A stretch of DNA of 27,598 bases. It comes from Ginkgo biloba (Eukaryota; Plantae; Ginkgophyta). The notes under the pieces were generated by a model, which was not told the DNA's origin, made no database searches, and was given only the letters and a program-made list of their open reading frames with translations. Each line of letters starts with the position of its first letter. The first letter of the stretch is position 1. The stretch is from assembly GCA_024626585.2 (NCBI GenBank), contig JANKJI020000002.1, positions 204,411,540 through 204,439,137 of the forward strand, given 5' to 3'. Positions 9,671-22,245 of the stretch are shown here, piece after piece. Both the position numbers and the translations under genes were made by a program.

Positions 9671-12559
9671 GAAGGATTCAATTAAGTTTATATTTTATCT
9701 TGTTAATGTGGAAAATGAACAGAACACACTTGCTGTCAAAATATGTGTAGCTCATTCAATAGATTTGCACATCTGAAGGCCTTCGCAGAGGAATAAAAAA
9801 TGTTTGGTCTATGCACATACGGAGAGGTTTTTTTTTAGTTTTTAATAATTGCCAAAAATGTGAAATCTTACGGCATAATTCACTGCAGTCTCAGGTGATG
9901 GCTTGGTAAATCACATTCTACTTATCCAACCCTAATTTTAGTAATTATCCACTAATGTTTATCTTTTATTAAAAANNNNNNNNNNNNNNNNNNNNNNNNN
10001 NNNNNNNNNNNNNNNNNNNNNNNNNNNNNNNNNNNNNNNNNNNNNNNNNNNNNNNNNNNNNNNNNNNNNNNNNNNAATTTCCACTCCAACTAGTATCGTA
10101 ATCTATCTTGCAACCATAAAACACATTGAATATGGAAGAGAATACATTGAAGGATGCTAAAAAATGTTATTGAACATTGTTTTATAATATCTTATGGTAG
10201 TCTATTATTAGATATACCTTTATTATTTAAAGGATCACCCCTATTCAAAAAATAAGGAAAGCCTTCTAAGATTGAAGGATAGAATATATCTTTCTATGAA
10301 ACTCTACTTTTCAATTACATTAGTATNNNNNNNNNNNNNNNNNNNNNNNNNNNNNNNNNNNNNNNNNNNNNNNNNNNNNNNNNNNNNNNNNNNNNNNNNN
10401 NNNNNNNNNNNNNNNNNNNNNNNNNNNNNNNNNNNNNNNNNNNNNTTCCATAGGCACCCATTACTATATAACCATACCATGGAAACCAACTAATTTGGGA
10501 GGTCATGCAATGATTACCTCTTAGGGAGATAAAAGTTAGACCCTTGTTTATAATCTTGAGCATACAATATTTCTAGAGTGAGAAAATATCATGGTTTCTC
10601 TACAAATAGTGTGATGAATTTAGAAAAACATGGGTGTAATGATAAGAATATGAAAGGGGGAGAATGAATTGAATCATTTACCATTATTGAAGGAATGTAG
10701 ATTTAATGTTAAATATGNNNNNNNNNNNNNNNNNNNNNNNNNNNNNNNNNNNNNNNNNNNNNNATGGCAACTCTACAAAATATCCCAACCCTTTTCCAAA
10801 TATGTTTATGAATATGATTTAAATAAAATAAAGTAAGAAGATTTTGGATCGTGTAACAAAAGAAGCAATTATCCATAAACATAAAAATTCCTCTTTGTAG
10901 CACATTGGTGTAAGAATGTATGATCCAAATATATCATAGAATGGAAGGAAGAATAAATTTAAGAAATAACAACTTAAATGATTAAAAGNNNNNNNNNNNN
11001 NNNNNNNNNNNNNNNNNNNNNNNNNNNNNNNNNGCCAATTGGATAATAATTACAAGGAAAAGGTTCTAATGTGAAATGGGAAAAATATAAAAAAATAGGA
11101 TATTTTTAAAGATATATGTAGTCAAGAAACATAGGCAGATATAATTGACCAAAAATCAAGGAGACCATGGAAATTTATATATCCTACAAAGTGAATTCAA
11201 ATAAAAAAGGCATGGTTCTTTCTACTCTTGTAAGAATTATTATANNNNNNNNNNNNNNNNNNNNNNNNNNNNNNNNNNNNNNNNNNNNNNNNNNNNNNNN
11301 NNNNNNNNNNNNNNNNNNNNNNNNNNNNNNNNNNNNNNNNNNNNCGCCAAGTGTTTCTCTCCATCTTTGCCAAGTGTCGCTATACTCTCAAGGTGATGGC
11401 ACATGTGTAACAAGAGTACATAGCACTTGCATTAGAAGAAGAGAAAGACACCAATGAAATGAATATAGAATATTAAGGAGCATACACATGCTTGATAGTT
11501 TCCATATATTCCCAACATCATATGATCCTTTAGGTCTTATAAACATAAAACATTTAATTTTATTTTATTTCTTACAAATGAGAAAAATAATATCAAATAT
11601 TCTATTAGTTTAGGCCCCATCAACCAAAATCCTAGTGTGCCTCTAAAATATCTTAAGCATGTTTCATGATCACAAGTTTCTACAACTAGTAATGAAGGTG
11701 GTAAAACTATAACAAAAACAAACCTAGATCTTATCCTATTCTAAACAAAGATATCTCTATCTTTAGTTATCAAGAGATTGAGGTAGGCTCAAAAGGTTTG
11801 AAAAATAAAATTACATTAGAGGATTTTATCAATAAAATACAAGGTAACTTTTAAATGATATATGATACTTTACACTCTCATGCGAAATAACAATGATAAT
11901 TCAAAAGGAATTGAGTGAAAAAATTGGTTTATTTTGATGATTGTTGTAATTAATGGAATGTTAGAGGCCTCACTAACACATACAAAATAATCATGGATAA
12001 TGAATGAGGAATAATGTAGTTAATATTGACATGATGTATTTACGAAAATTCTAAGTTGTAGGGTTTACTCTTAAAACTTCCCTCTTGGACATTTGGTATA
12101 GGGATTTGAATTTTCTTTTTGCGATGAATGTAGGGGATGAATTCTCTTAACCATCACTCTTGAAATATATTTGGTAATAGTGGTATATAACCCATCAAAT
12201 ATGACCCTTTAGATAATTTTCAATATTGAGAATGATATTTTAGAAATAGAAATTAATTTTCTAAAAAGTTATAACTTATGGAAATGGATATTAATTAGAT
12301 TTTTCCCAATCTCCTAAGAACAGATTAATAATTTTCCCATGATAGATCAAGTTGGATGACCCCGAATGAGACAAATAGCTAATGAAAGAGAATCATAGTT
12401 CTACATGAACATATCAAAGTAATTATCAAATTATAACTTATACAAAAAGATTGATACTTATGAACTTAATTTAACATGTTCAAATTTTAGGAATAAAGTG
12501 AGATCCTCTTCTTGAAGGTATTAATAAGACTATCTCTTTCATTAAGACACATTTTATTT

Positions 12560-13000
12560 TTTGATAATTTATGCTAAACTAATATAATTCATTGCTAATA
12601 CCTCCTTCATTTTATTATCCTATTTATTAGGGTACTAAATTTTTAATGTAAAACATTTCCTTCAAAATGAATATCTCTTATCTCTCCATTCTAACATGTC
12701 TTAAAATATTGGTTAAGTCTATACTTTGGCCCTTAATCCTACTAGTCTTGAAGGTTAGATTAATTTAAGGAAAAAAAAAAAATTCCATCCTTAAAATATC
12801 CTCCCACATTTATGAATTTTATTAAATTAATTATTAAATGTGGTGTTCTAATTCTATATTAGAGGATAATATCTTATTAGAGTTATAACTGGGATACTAC
12901 TCAAAGGATTCTTATCCACAACACCACTACTAGTTGCTATCTATAGTTATGGAAAATGCAAGCACTAAGCTTCAAATAATTTATAAGTGATGTGTCATTC
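12560..13000 (+). mobile_element. Possible decayed L1 RT N-terminal region, upstream part of the LINE at 13227
   Basis: Traces NTSFIFII (N.T.I.LIPK-like), KHF..ISL and LKILVKSI..LNP (YKII.K.LA.RL.P-like), with many indels. Confidence 0.35.
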
Positions 13001-13226
13001 AGTCATCGAGTTTTATTTAGAATTGGTCTAGGAATTTCTCTAAATAATCAACTGGTTCACTTTCATTTTCTTCTGTAGGTATTTCGAGCCATTCTCATTT
13101 ATCTCCTCTGAACATCTTGCTCAATTNNNNNNNNNNNNNNNNNNNNNNNNNNNNNNNNNNNNNNNNNNNNNNNNNNNNNNNNNNNNNNNNNNNNNNNNNN
13201 NNNNNNNNNNNNNNNNNNNNNNNNNN

Positions 13227-13975
13227 TAGTAGCAGTTGGTTGGTGCCTTTAGAGCCGGGAAAATTCTTATCCAATATCCTTAGCCCATAAGCCTATCCTT
13301 AAAGAGATTTGTTTACTTATTCTTCCCTTTACTTGTTCCAATATCTGGATTGCTAAGAATAACGTTGTGTTATGAGGAAATTTTATGCCACCTCGTCTAG
13401 TCTTCCAAAATATTTTAAGGGCCATTTTAGAAGTTATTTTCTTAAGCCCCCTTTCACCCAAGATGTCTGCCCATTACGTTCCTTCTGAGATAGACTTTAT
13501 TTCCTCCCTGCATCTCTTAGTTTTGATGGCTACCCCTACTTCCCCTGCTACCTCTCTACTTTCTTCTCTGACCCCATCCTTTTTCTTTAATATGGCTTCA
13601 AAAGGAAACCCTGGTACTCATGGCGGGGGTGGTATTTTACCACTCCCATGTTCCCATTGTAGGGCCTATTATAAGTTTAGATTAGATGAGAATACCAATA
13701 TTGCTGTTGAATTTTTATCCTTAATTCATGGTCTCAGATTAGCTATGATCCTGAATGTTTTGATTCTTTCAATTTTTTTATGACTCCAAGTTGGTCATCT
13801 CTATGTTGCGTGTTGAAGCTAGCATTCAAAATATTGTGCTAGCCCCATTCACCAAGGAAGCATCCTCCCTTGCCTCTCTCTTTCCTAAGATTAATTAGCA
13901 TTACATTCTAAGGGGGGAAATTTTAATGGCAGATACGCTTGCCATTAAAGGTGCCTTGCTTCCCTAAGGCAATCT
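13227..13975 (+). mobile_element. L1-clade LINE ORF2 3' remnant with RNase H domain
   Basis: PILKEICLLILPFTCSNIWIAKNNVVL (W..P.F.CW.IW..RN..IF-like), then FFNMASKGNPGTHGGGG...TNIAVEFLSLIHGLRLA, frameshifted DSKLVI, and YILRG..ADTLA. These match the plant L1 RNase H motifs (FDGASKGNPG/TNN.AE/GDS/R..N..AD.LA) with catalytic residues degraded. Confidence 0.85.
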
Positions 13976-15008
13976 GTTTGTGGGTATTATATCCAGCAAC
14001 GGAAGCCTTTGTCACTTCATCAATGTCCCATTGTAGAATCTCCATGATCTTATTCAATGGCTATCATCTCCTTAAGCGTTGTGGTGATCTCCTTGGTTTG
14101 TGGAAAGGATCGTTGGATGTCTCTAGCGGCGTGGCATATCTCCCTTTGATTATTATTTTATGTATATGGGCTTGAGACTCTAGTCTTGGTATCTCCTTAG
14201 TCTTGAAGAAGTTATAGATCCTCCCCCTATTGACTCTATTTTATCCTTGGCTGATGTTACAAATCTATAACAAAAGGTTGGTTCTTTGGAGGCAAAGGCA
14301 ATTCGATCTTTTTTTAGAGCAACTTAGAGGTATCGGGAGTCATTTGGACGAGATGGAAGACCATTTTCACAAGGTATCAAAATCCATCAAGAAGATGATT
14401 AGTGATATTAACCAATTTGTGGAGAGTATCAAAGAGGATATTAGGGAGATGAAGTAAAAAATTCAAGGACATGTCTAAGGATGAATAACTACAGCCATCA
14501 GTGTGGAAGGAGGATTCAAAGGCTCTCTCCTCTTATTCAAAGTAATGGGTCTTTGGAATTCCCTTATAGTTTCTTTATTTCTTATTTTGTCATCTTAGTT
14601 TAGGGNNNNNNNNNNNNNNNNNNNNNNNNNNNNNNNNNNNNNNNNNNNNNNNNNNNNNNNNNNNNNNNNNNNNNNNNNNNNNNNNNNNNNNNNNNNNNNN
14701 NNNNNTGACAGTCCATTTGTTTTGTACTTTACTCTTTCTAGCAACAAGAGCATCAAACATGATGATGAGTTCTAGCAAAAGACATTATTAGCAATCACCA
14801 GTATGGGAGCAACATTCTAAGTCAAAGCGAAGGAAAAAATAAGGCTATAAAAGATAGACCTTTGGATCTAATGTGATCATACTACTAATGATGCTATATG
14901 GAAATATGGAATTGGGTCTAGCTTTNNNNNNNNNNNNNNNNNNNNNNNNNNNNNNNNNNNNNNNNNNNNNNNNNNNNNNNNNNNNNNNNNNNNNNNNNNN
15001 NNAATTTA

Positions 15009-15481
15009 TCTATATATACTAAAAAAATTGGTTGTCTGACCGACCAAATGGAACAGAAAAATGGAACAAGAATGGAAGAACAGACTGAATGAAACAAAAA
15101 CGAAAGAATAGAATGGCCGAACAAAATAGAATGGAAATGGAAGAACGATCAAATGAAACAGAAGATGAAAATCAACCAGACATGAAAAAGAGAAATGAGA
15201 TAGAAACGAAAGATGAAAACAGAACAACTAACTGAAGGAAATGGAAGATGGAAACAGGACGAGAACAAAGATGAAAACGGATTGACTGATCGAACAAAAT
15301 NNNNNNNNNNNNNNNNNNNNNNNNNGAAAAATGAAAGCGAGTTGGAAATAGAACAAAAAATGGAAATGAGTCGAAAACAGAATGAAAAATGAAAACGAGC
15401 TGGAAATAGAATGAAAAATGGAAACGAGAGGGGAATGGAAGATGAAAATGGAAACATGACAGAACAAAAGATAGAACAAAG
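15009..15481 (+). mobile_element. Putative non-autonomous Helitron-like element, 5' end plus purine-rich array (may extend to the gap at 16060)
   Basis: A|TCTATATATACTAAAAAAA is a typical plant Helitron 5' terminus. It is followed by TGTCTGACCGACCAAATGGAA and a GAATG/GAAAATG array that shares exact words with 6990-7616. Confidence 0.6.
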
Positions 15482-16751
15482 TTATACTCGTAGACATTAT
15501 TTGCCACAAGTATAAAGATTGGATTTTTGACAAACCACCCTCTCATTAATATGAACAACAACCTTTATTAATAAGAAAAAATATCTATCACATCAAACAA
15601 AAAAAGGTTAATTTATTCATTCATTAATTGAAATTAATATTTAGATTAATTCATGTCATTTCACCACCTGCTCTTTATTATTACTAAATCTAAAAAATAT
15701 AAAATATCCTTCTATAATAAATGTAAACCAAATCATAATATGATGCCTTTTAATCTTAAAAGAATAAAAAATTTCTTTTCATAATTAATGTAAATCAAAT
15801 CATAATATGATATATTTTAATGTTAATAGAAATATTTAATACATTCAAGAAGATTTGAAGATTTGAAACGAGACGGAAAGAAAGAGCGAAGATGGACAAA
15901 GAGTGGAGTGTTGACAAGAACAAGGAATAGGGGTAGGAGATCCCCCTCCAACTCAACTGTTTGCAGGATATTTGCCCCCAACGAATATGGCAAATTGACG
16001 ACATAAGGTAAGTGGCGACAAAAAACGACGACGTGGCATCAACAGAGGACACAACGCGANNNNNNNNNNNNNNNNNNNNNNNNNNNNNNNNNNNNNNNNN
16101 NNNNNNNNNNNNNNNNNNNNNNNNNNNNNNNNNNNNNNNNNNNNNNNNNNNNNNNNNNNCTTTGCTTTGATTTCTAAAACACTAAAGTCGTAGGTTTTTC
16201 TCCCAACTTGTCACTTAAATATTGCCTCTTCGACCTCAACAATGCAAGTTGCCCCTTCATTTGGTATAGTTAATGGCCTTTGGTATTGTACAACCCTTTT
16301 GCCTTCACACATGTAGATTATGGTGTGAAAGTACTTGCAATACATATAGTAAATGCTACAAACAAGGTTAATTCATAATTAAGGGGGACTAGGGTTTTTA
16401 CCTAAATATTTTCAAATGTTTACATGATACTCGTCCATAAAATTCCTTTTTTTGCACACAAATATTTGCTGCTAGTTCTCCATAATGAATATGATCTTAT
16501 GCGTGTTAGTGACTATTTCAATTGCGGTTGACCTTGATAGTTTATGTGAACTAGAAGCAACATTAGGTGCCACAATATAGCTATGGGAGTAGTCGAACAT
16601 CGTCCAATGAATACTAGATGAAGCTTGAGTGTCGCCCAAACATTCAAGAACTGGTTGATGATCGTTTGACAATTACTTAGGGGATTTGTCTTATTTGTTG
16701 ATCATGAGGGGAAGCGATTATTGGTTATTCGTCATGTTTGTCACCAACTGC

Positions 16752-17205
16752 TACCCACCGACAACTCTTGACCGTATTCTTACACTAAGAGCTATAATCA
16801 ATGAGGTTAGATATAGGGGTTCAAAAATCTATTGTTGCTTTGTAGACTTTTGGAAAGCTTTTGACACAATAGCAAGACACCTCCTAGTAGAGAGGCTACA
16901 CAGGTTGGGTGCCATTGAGGTCATCATCATTGTGATTATTACTTTATATTGGGTGTCATTGAGGTCATCATCATTGCGGTTATTACTTTATATTGGGTGT
17001 CATTAAGGTCATCATCACTCACGGGTCATCTTCATACCATGCATGGGTTCTCCAAAGATGCCTAGAGTAATAGGGTCAAATGGGGAAGCCCTTTCTCACC
17101 CACTTTGTTTGGTTTGTATATTGATGAGCTTAAACAATATATTTGGGAGTTTACCCAGGCAAAGGATGAATGTATTCTTCGTGATATGTTGATTGCTATC
17201 GCCTA
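16752..17205 (+). mobile_element. Non-LTR retrotransposon RT fragment, RTE/RTEX-like
   Basis: TTLDRILTLRAIINEVRYRGSKIYCCFVDFWKAFDTIARHLLVERLHRLG and, after the tandem duplication, VKWGSPFSPTLFGLYIDELKQ (GVKQGCPLSPTLFGLYID-type motif). YADD is absent. Confidence 0.85.
16907..17017 (+). repeat. 44-bp tandem repeat, ~2.5 copies, inside the RT fragment
   Basis: GGGTGYCATTRAGGTCATCATCATTGYGRTTATTACTTTATATT units start at 16907, 16951 and 16995. Confidence 0.95.
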
Positions 17206-18079
17206 GTTTTGGATATGGAAGGGATATGCCTTTCTTTCACTTCTTGAGAGGTAGGGTTTCCATCTTTAATTTGAGGATATTCCCACTAAATAGATGCTAG
17301 TTAACACATTAGTGTGTTTGAATATATATGTAATGGTCATATTGTACTATTAGAATAAAGTTACAACATAAGTGATGTTACTCACTTATGTAATAAATGT
17401 TATGTCCTAAAAGTAACTTAGTTAACTTAACTAAATTTTATAAAGTTAAGTTATAAAAAATATTTTAGAAGTTAGAAAGTAGTTGAAGGATGGATCAACT
17501 ATTTATTGTATCATTCCAATGAATGAAATGAATGAAAATCATTCTTCTCTCATCTCTTGTGTTTCTTCCTTCCTGTTGTTCTGCATCTCTGAACAACATG
17601 TTCTTGCATTTTAATATAAATTAAAGGTATTGTGTTCGTTGTTTTGCATGTTTGTTGTATATTCATATAAATGAGGCTTGTATGGGTTAATGCATGAAGA
17701 TCCAAGCAGGGGAATCCATGAAATGCCAATTGAGAAGCATGCATAAGCACTACATGATTTTGTGTTTTGAATTAATATCTTATGCCTTGTGAAATTTTTC
17801 CAATGCCACTAAAGGTTACTTGTGATTGCATGGATGGTGTGGATTTTCTATATAGGCCATTTTAAGATGTAGAACTCTATAAAATTGTCGTGTCAGGATC
17901 ATGTTTCATGTAGTTAAACATTGAAAACAATTATACCGAGCTTCTACATTATTTATAGAATAATTCAGAAGATGGTATTATTTTCAAAGTAATCATATAT
18001 GCCAATGGAGATGTAAAATAACATTGTTTTAAGATTGACTTTTGCCTAGCTATGCTTGAGGTGTTCCTAGTGATGTTCA

Positions 18080-18382
18080 TGTAATAATGTATATGGCTTG
18101 TCCAACCATCTTAGTTAGGATTTTTCAAGGTGTGGACTTACACACATCAGAACTCGCACATACTCGAGACTTGTCCCACTTAGTTAATAGTTGAGCAATT
18201 GCTAACGAATGTAACTGCATATGATAGTTCAGAGGTGGTAACTTTTTCCTATATAAGGACCCCTCCATTTTGATAGATCACCACTGTGTACTGACTTCAG
18301 CTATATGCTACAATGGTCATTCACGTACTTCATGTTGTCTTGCAATATATGATCAGTGTCCTTAAGAATTATTCCCATTGAT
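18080..18382 (+). mobile_element. Possible LTR fragment
   Basis: Starts TGTAAT and has a CCTATATAAGG TATA-like box at 18248-18258. It lies upstream of the Gypsy internal region. The end falls in a gap and no PBS is visible. Confidence 0.3.
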
Positions 18383-18579
18383 NNNNNNNNNNNNNNNNNN
18401 NNNNNNNNNNNNNNNNNNNNNNNNNNNNNNNNNNNNNNNNNNNNNNNNNNNNNNNNNNNNNNNNNNNNNNNNNNNNNNNNNNAAAAAAAAAAATGAAAGA
18501 GTTCTTCGCACTATTCAAAGTGTACTGCTAATATAGTCTTGAGATCCATGTAACTTGCAAGAAGTAACAAAGGGGGGAA

Positions 18580-19175
18580 ATTGCCTACCTCTCCCTGAGC
18601 GTTCCCATGTCTCATCCCTGAGCATTCTCGTCTCTTGTCTGTGAGCATTACCATCTCCCATACCAAGCGTTCCCATGGGTCTTCCTTGAGCAATCCCATG
18701 GGTCATCGTGGGTCCTTGAGCATCCTTGAGCATTCCATAAGCGTTATGTGTGTCACGTGTAGAGCGTCCCATGCATCGCTTTGGTGGTTTCGTGAGGATT
18801 TCCGTCCCATCTTCACGTGTTCATGTGAGGCCCAACTTCCACCCAGCTTCCAAGGTCTCTATCTACTCTAGCCTCCACCCATTCACATGAGCAAAACACT
18901 ATCACACCCTATTGACCGTGTCTTTCCCCTTCCTCTAGGGTCTCTCAATAGAGTGTTCCCATGGGTCCCTGACCCATGGGTCCTTGAGGTCTCTTAGTGT
19001 TCACGTGAGCTAACAACTCCTTTGCCCATAATGCACCCCTTAGCTCTTGAAAGGCCTACAACATCTTGCAATGTCTTAGGTTGTCCACACGACCCTTGGC
19101 TTTAACCTCACAATTGCCATCCATCATCTCCAACGATCTATAGACAGAGACTACTCAAACACTATCACACCCTTC
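18580..19175 (+). repeat. Short-motif repetitive region (CCCATGGGTC / CCTTGAG), probably retroelement LTR or leader
   Basis: CCCATGGGTC occurs at ~18672, 18695, 18958 and 18973, and CCTTGAG recurs. AAACACTATCACACCCT occurs at 18894 and 19157. Confidence 0.6.
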
Positions 19176-19293
19176 TCCCGATATACACATTTTGTTCTCT
19201 GGTTGGTGGGCTTGTCTAAGATTCCAGCCTCTATCCTATGGTCTTGGTGGGCCCATTTTCTCTTTGACCTGATCACAACGTGCACAAGAACTT

Positions 19294-21554
19294 ATGGAAG
19301 ACAAAGACAGAAACAAAGATAGGGACTCGGTTACTGTTTGCAGACTATCACAACGGGTGGACAACCTTGAAACAAACCTCATCAAAAATTGCAAAAATGA
19401 TTGAAGATCTACAAGAGGTAATCCTGAAGCTGCAATAGGAAAATGGACTGCTCAACAATGAGCTACAGACTACCAATTCCTCTCTCCAGGGAATATAGGA
19501 TGAGCTGTCAAAACCTCAAAACGATCCTGTTAAACCCAACAAGATCCAAGCCAAGATGGATGCTCCAAGGAGTGAACACTTGGAAATCCTTAAAAAACAA
19601 GAGAATATACAGAAGGAGACGACAGCCAAACAAAAGGAGATCCACAAACAAATCAATAAACATAATTCATGGGTTCAAGTNNNNNNNNNNNNNNNNNNNN
19701 NNNNNNNNNNNNNNNNNNNNNNNNNNNNNNNNNNNNNNNNNNNNNNNNNNNNNNNNNNNNNNNNNNNNNNNNNNNNNNNNTAGCGACGATGGATAGACTC
19801 TTGGACTTCAAGGTTCAAGCTGAAATGCCCAGCAATTAGGTTCGAAGTTCGGCCCGGCCAAGAAGAATTGGCCATCAAAAGGCAAAGATAGTTCGAGCAG
19901 TTCTAAGGCGAACAAAGCCAAAACAACAAAAATGACAACAACCATGCTAGGGAAAGACGAACCAAAGAAGCCAGTCAAGTGCTTCATCTATCAGGGACCG
20001 CATTATGCCAGAGATTGTCCCCAACTTACAGATTTGCATGCGGCTTAGGTGGAATCGGTGCCATAAAATGATCTAACCACTATTGCCTTGCAGACGCTTG
20101 GATCCCTCCAAGGGGAGGCAAGTTGCTCATTTGACCCCCATCGATTGTTATATGTCTGGACAGTGGTAAACGGACACCCCATCATGGCTATGGTTAACAC
20201 GGGAGCCAGCCATAACTTCATAACGACAAACAGAGCTAAAGAGATTTGTCTAAAAATGGAAAGGCCATCAACTCGGTAGCAAAATTGGTCCATGGTGCAG
20301 CCCGTGAGGTGGCATTCTCAGTCGGTGAATGGAAGGGCAAAATTGATTTAATGGTAATTCCCATGGACGACTTCGAAGTCATACTTGGACAGTCATTCTT
20401 GCGGAAGGTAAGGGTGGTTTCCCTATCGTTTATGGAGGCTATCATGATTATGGACAATGAAAGTCAAAGTCTTGTGAGATTAGTGGATAAGCCACAGTCC
20501 ACCAATATGCAGTTAGTTTCGGCACTGAACATTAGCAGATCGGTACCAAAGTTGGGAGAGATGTATTTGGCAGTTGCAATAATCGAAGGACCGAATAGTC
20601 AAACAAAGGAACCGGAGGCCATTCGAGACATCTTAGAGGAGTTCGTTGACCGAATGGCAACGAAACTGCCCAAAGTACTCCCTCCCTTGCAACATGTTAA
20701 CCACAAGATTGAGATGGAGGCAGGACCGAGACCACCATCCAGGGCACCCTATTGGTTAAGCGGACCGAAGATGCAAGAGTTAAAGAAGCAATTGGAGGAG
20801 TTGGTTGATGCCATCTACATCAAACCATCCCGCTCCCCCTACAGAGCACCTATGTTATTTAACCATAAGGACGGGTCCCTGCAGTTGTGCATCGATTATA
20901 GGGCCCTGAACAAACTAACAGTCAAGAATCGTTATCCAATTCCGTTGATAGTAGATTTGTTTGATAGGTTGACGATAGCGAGAGTCTTCACAAACTAGAT
21001 CTAAAGCAGGGGTACTATCAAATCCGCATTATCAAAGGAGATGAATAGAAAACGACATGCATCACAAGATATGGATTGTTTGAGTGGCTAGTGATGCCTT
21101 TCGGCTTGTGCAACGCGCCGGCCACCTTTTGCACTATGATGAACAACATCTTCAAAGAATACTTGGATAAGTTCATCGTGGTGTACTTGGATGATATTGT
21201 GGTCTATAGCCAAAGTATGGACGAGCATAAACAACATTTGGCAAAGGTATTCACGTTACTCTGGGAGAACAATCTGTATGTGAAGAAGTCCAAGTGCAAG
21301 TTTGCGCGTGAAGAGATTTCGTTCTTAGGATGTGGGAGGCAAAACTATCAGGCCGGACCTAGCAAAGATGGAGGCAGTGACAAACTAGGAAATGCCGAAA
21401 ATGGCTCATGATGTAAGGTCCTTCCACGGGTTGGAAAGCTACTACCGGAAGTTTGTGGATGGGTTTTCCAGAATTGCGGCACCACTAACCAAACTCACCA
21501 AGAAGGGGAGACCTTGGTTGTGGACGAATAAGTGCCAGCATGCCTTCAAGGAAC
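19294..21554 (+). mobile_element. Ty3/Gypsy (chromovirus, Galadriel-like) gag-protease-RT remnant
   Basis: Knuckle CFIYQGPHYARDCP (19980-20021); protease LLYVWTVVNGHPIMAMVNTGASHNF (D>N); RT motifs [27 protein letters not shown] and YLDD (21184-21195); connection VRSFHGLESYYRKFV. Frameshifts at ~20250, ~20990 and ~21330; TAG at 21046. Confidence 0.95.
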
Positions 21555-22069
21555 NNNNNNNNNNNNNNNNNNNNNNNNNNNNNNNNNNNNNNNNNNNNNN
21601 NNNNNNNNNNNNNNNNNNNNNNNNNNNNNNNNNNNNNNNNNNNNNNNNNNNNNNCTAATATAATTTCAACTTTGAAATTCCAAGTGGCATAGTTGGTGGC
21701 TCAACTTGTCCATTACTTAGAGACCCATACTAGAGGGATCTCTTTGAGTTATCATCCTTTTCCTTATTGAAATTTCACATACTAATTTTTTATCTATTTA
21801 TCTTGACTAGAAAAAAAATCAAAATTTTAGTAAAAGACACCCTTTCAGAAATATCTCAAAAAATCAAGAAATGAAAGTTCATTACAAGTTATTAACTTTC
21901 ACACACATATGTAGGAAGTTATAAACTCTAACATATGTTACATGCAACTACATGCAAACCAAATTCTAAGTAAATTTCACCATCATGATCATGAATCCAA
22001 ATCCAATTGCATTATCCATTTCAACCATAATTGAAAAAAATATCAACAAACTCCATTTGAGCTAGAATA

Positions 22070-22224
22070 TCTAATACTTCTACATCCACAAAGGAAGGGA
22101 TACTCCCCACTTAAGAGGTATAGATATTTAGCTTTAATAATAAAATTTTAATTGGTCTTAGTAATTAGGAAATCCAATACTTCCACTTTCAGAGAGGAAG
22201 TGATACTCCCCACTTAAGAGGTAT
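22070..22224 (-). repeat. Duplicated ~50-bp block in the retroelement leader
   Basis: AATACTTC...AGGAAG(G/T)GATACTCCCCACTTAAGAGGTAT occurs at ~22073-22119 and ~22176-22224. Confidence 0.8.
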
Positions 22225-22233
22225 GGAGAACCT

Positions 22234-22245
22234 GCTCCGATACAA
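22234..22245 (-). promoter_or_regulatory. Primer-binding site (tRNA-iMet type)
   Basis: Minus strand TTGTATCGGAGC matches canonical TGGTATCAGAGC at 10/12, directly after the LTR terminal CA. Confidence 0.72.

Noticed and set aside
14230-14457. Coiled-coil-like 75-aa ORF, perhaps a gag N-terminus
   Set aside because: No diagnostic motif and truncated by stops and a gap; cannot be assigned.
16907-17017. CRISPR-like interpretation of short repeats (also 22070-22224, 1268-1395)
   Set aside because: Head-to-tail or two-copy duplications without unique spacers, in eukaryotic TE context with no cas genes.
17315-17598. Possible solo LTR (TGTTTG...AACAACA)
   Set aside because: LTR-like composition but no matching TSD, PBS or PPT; insufficient support.
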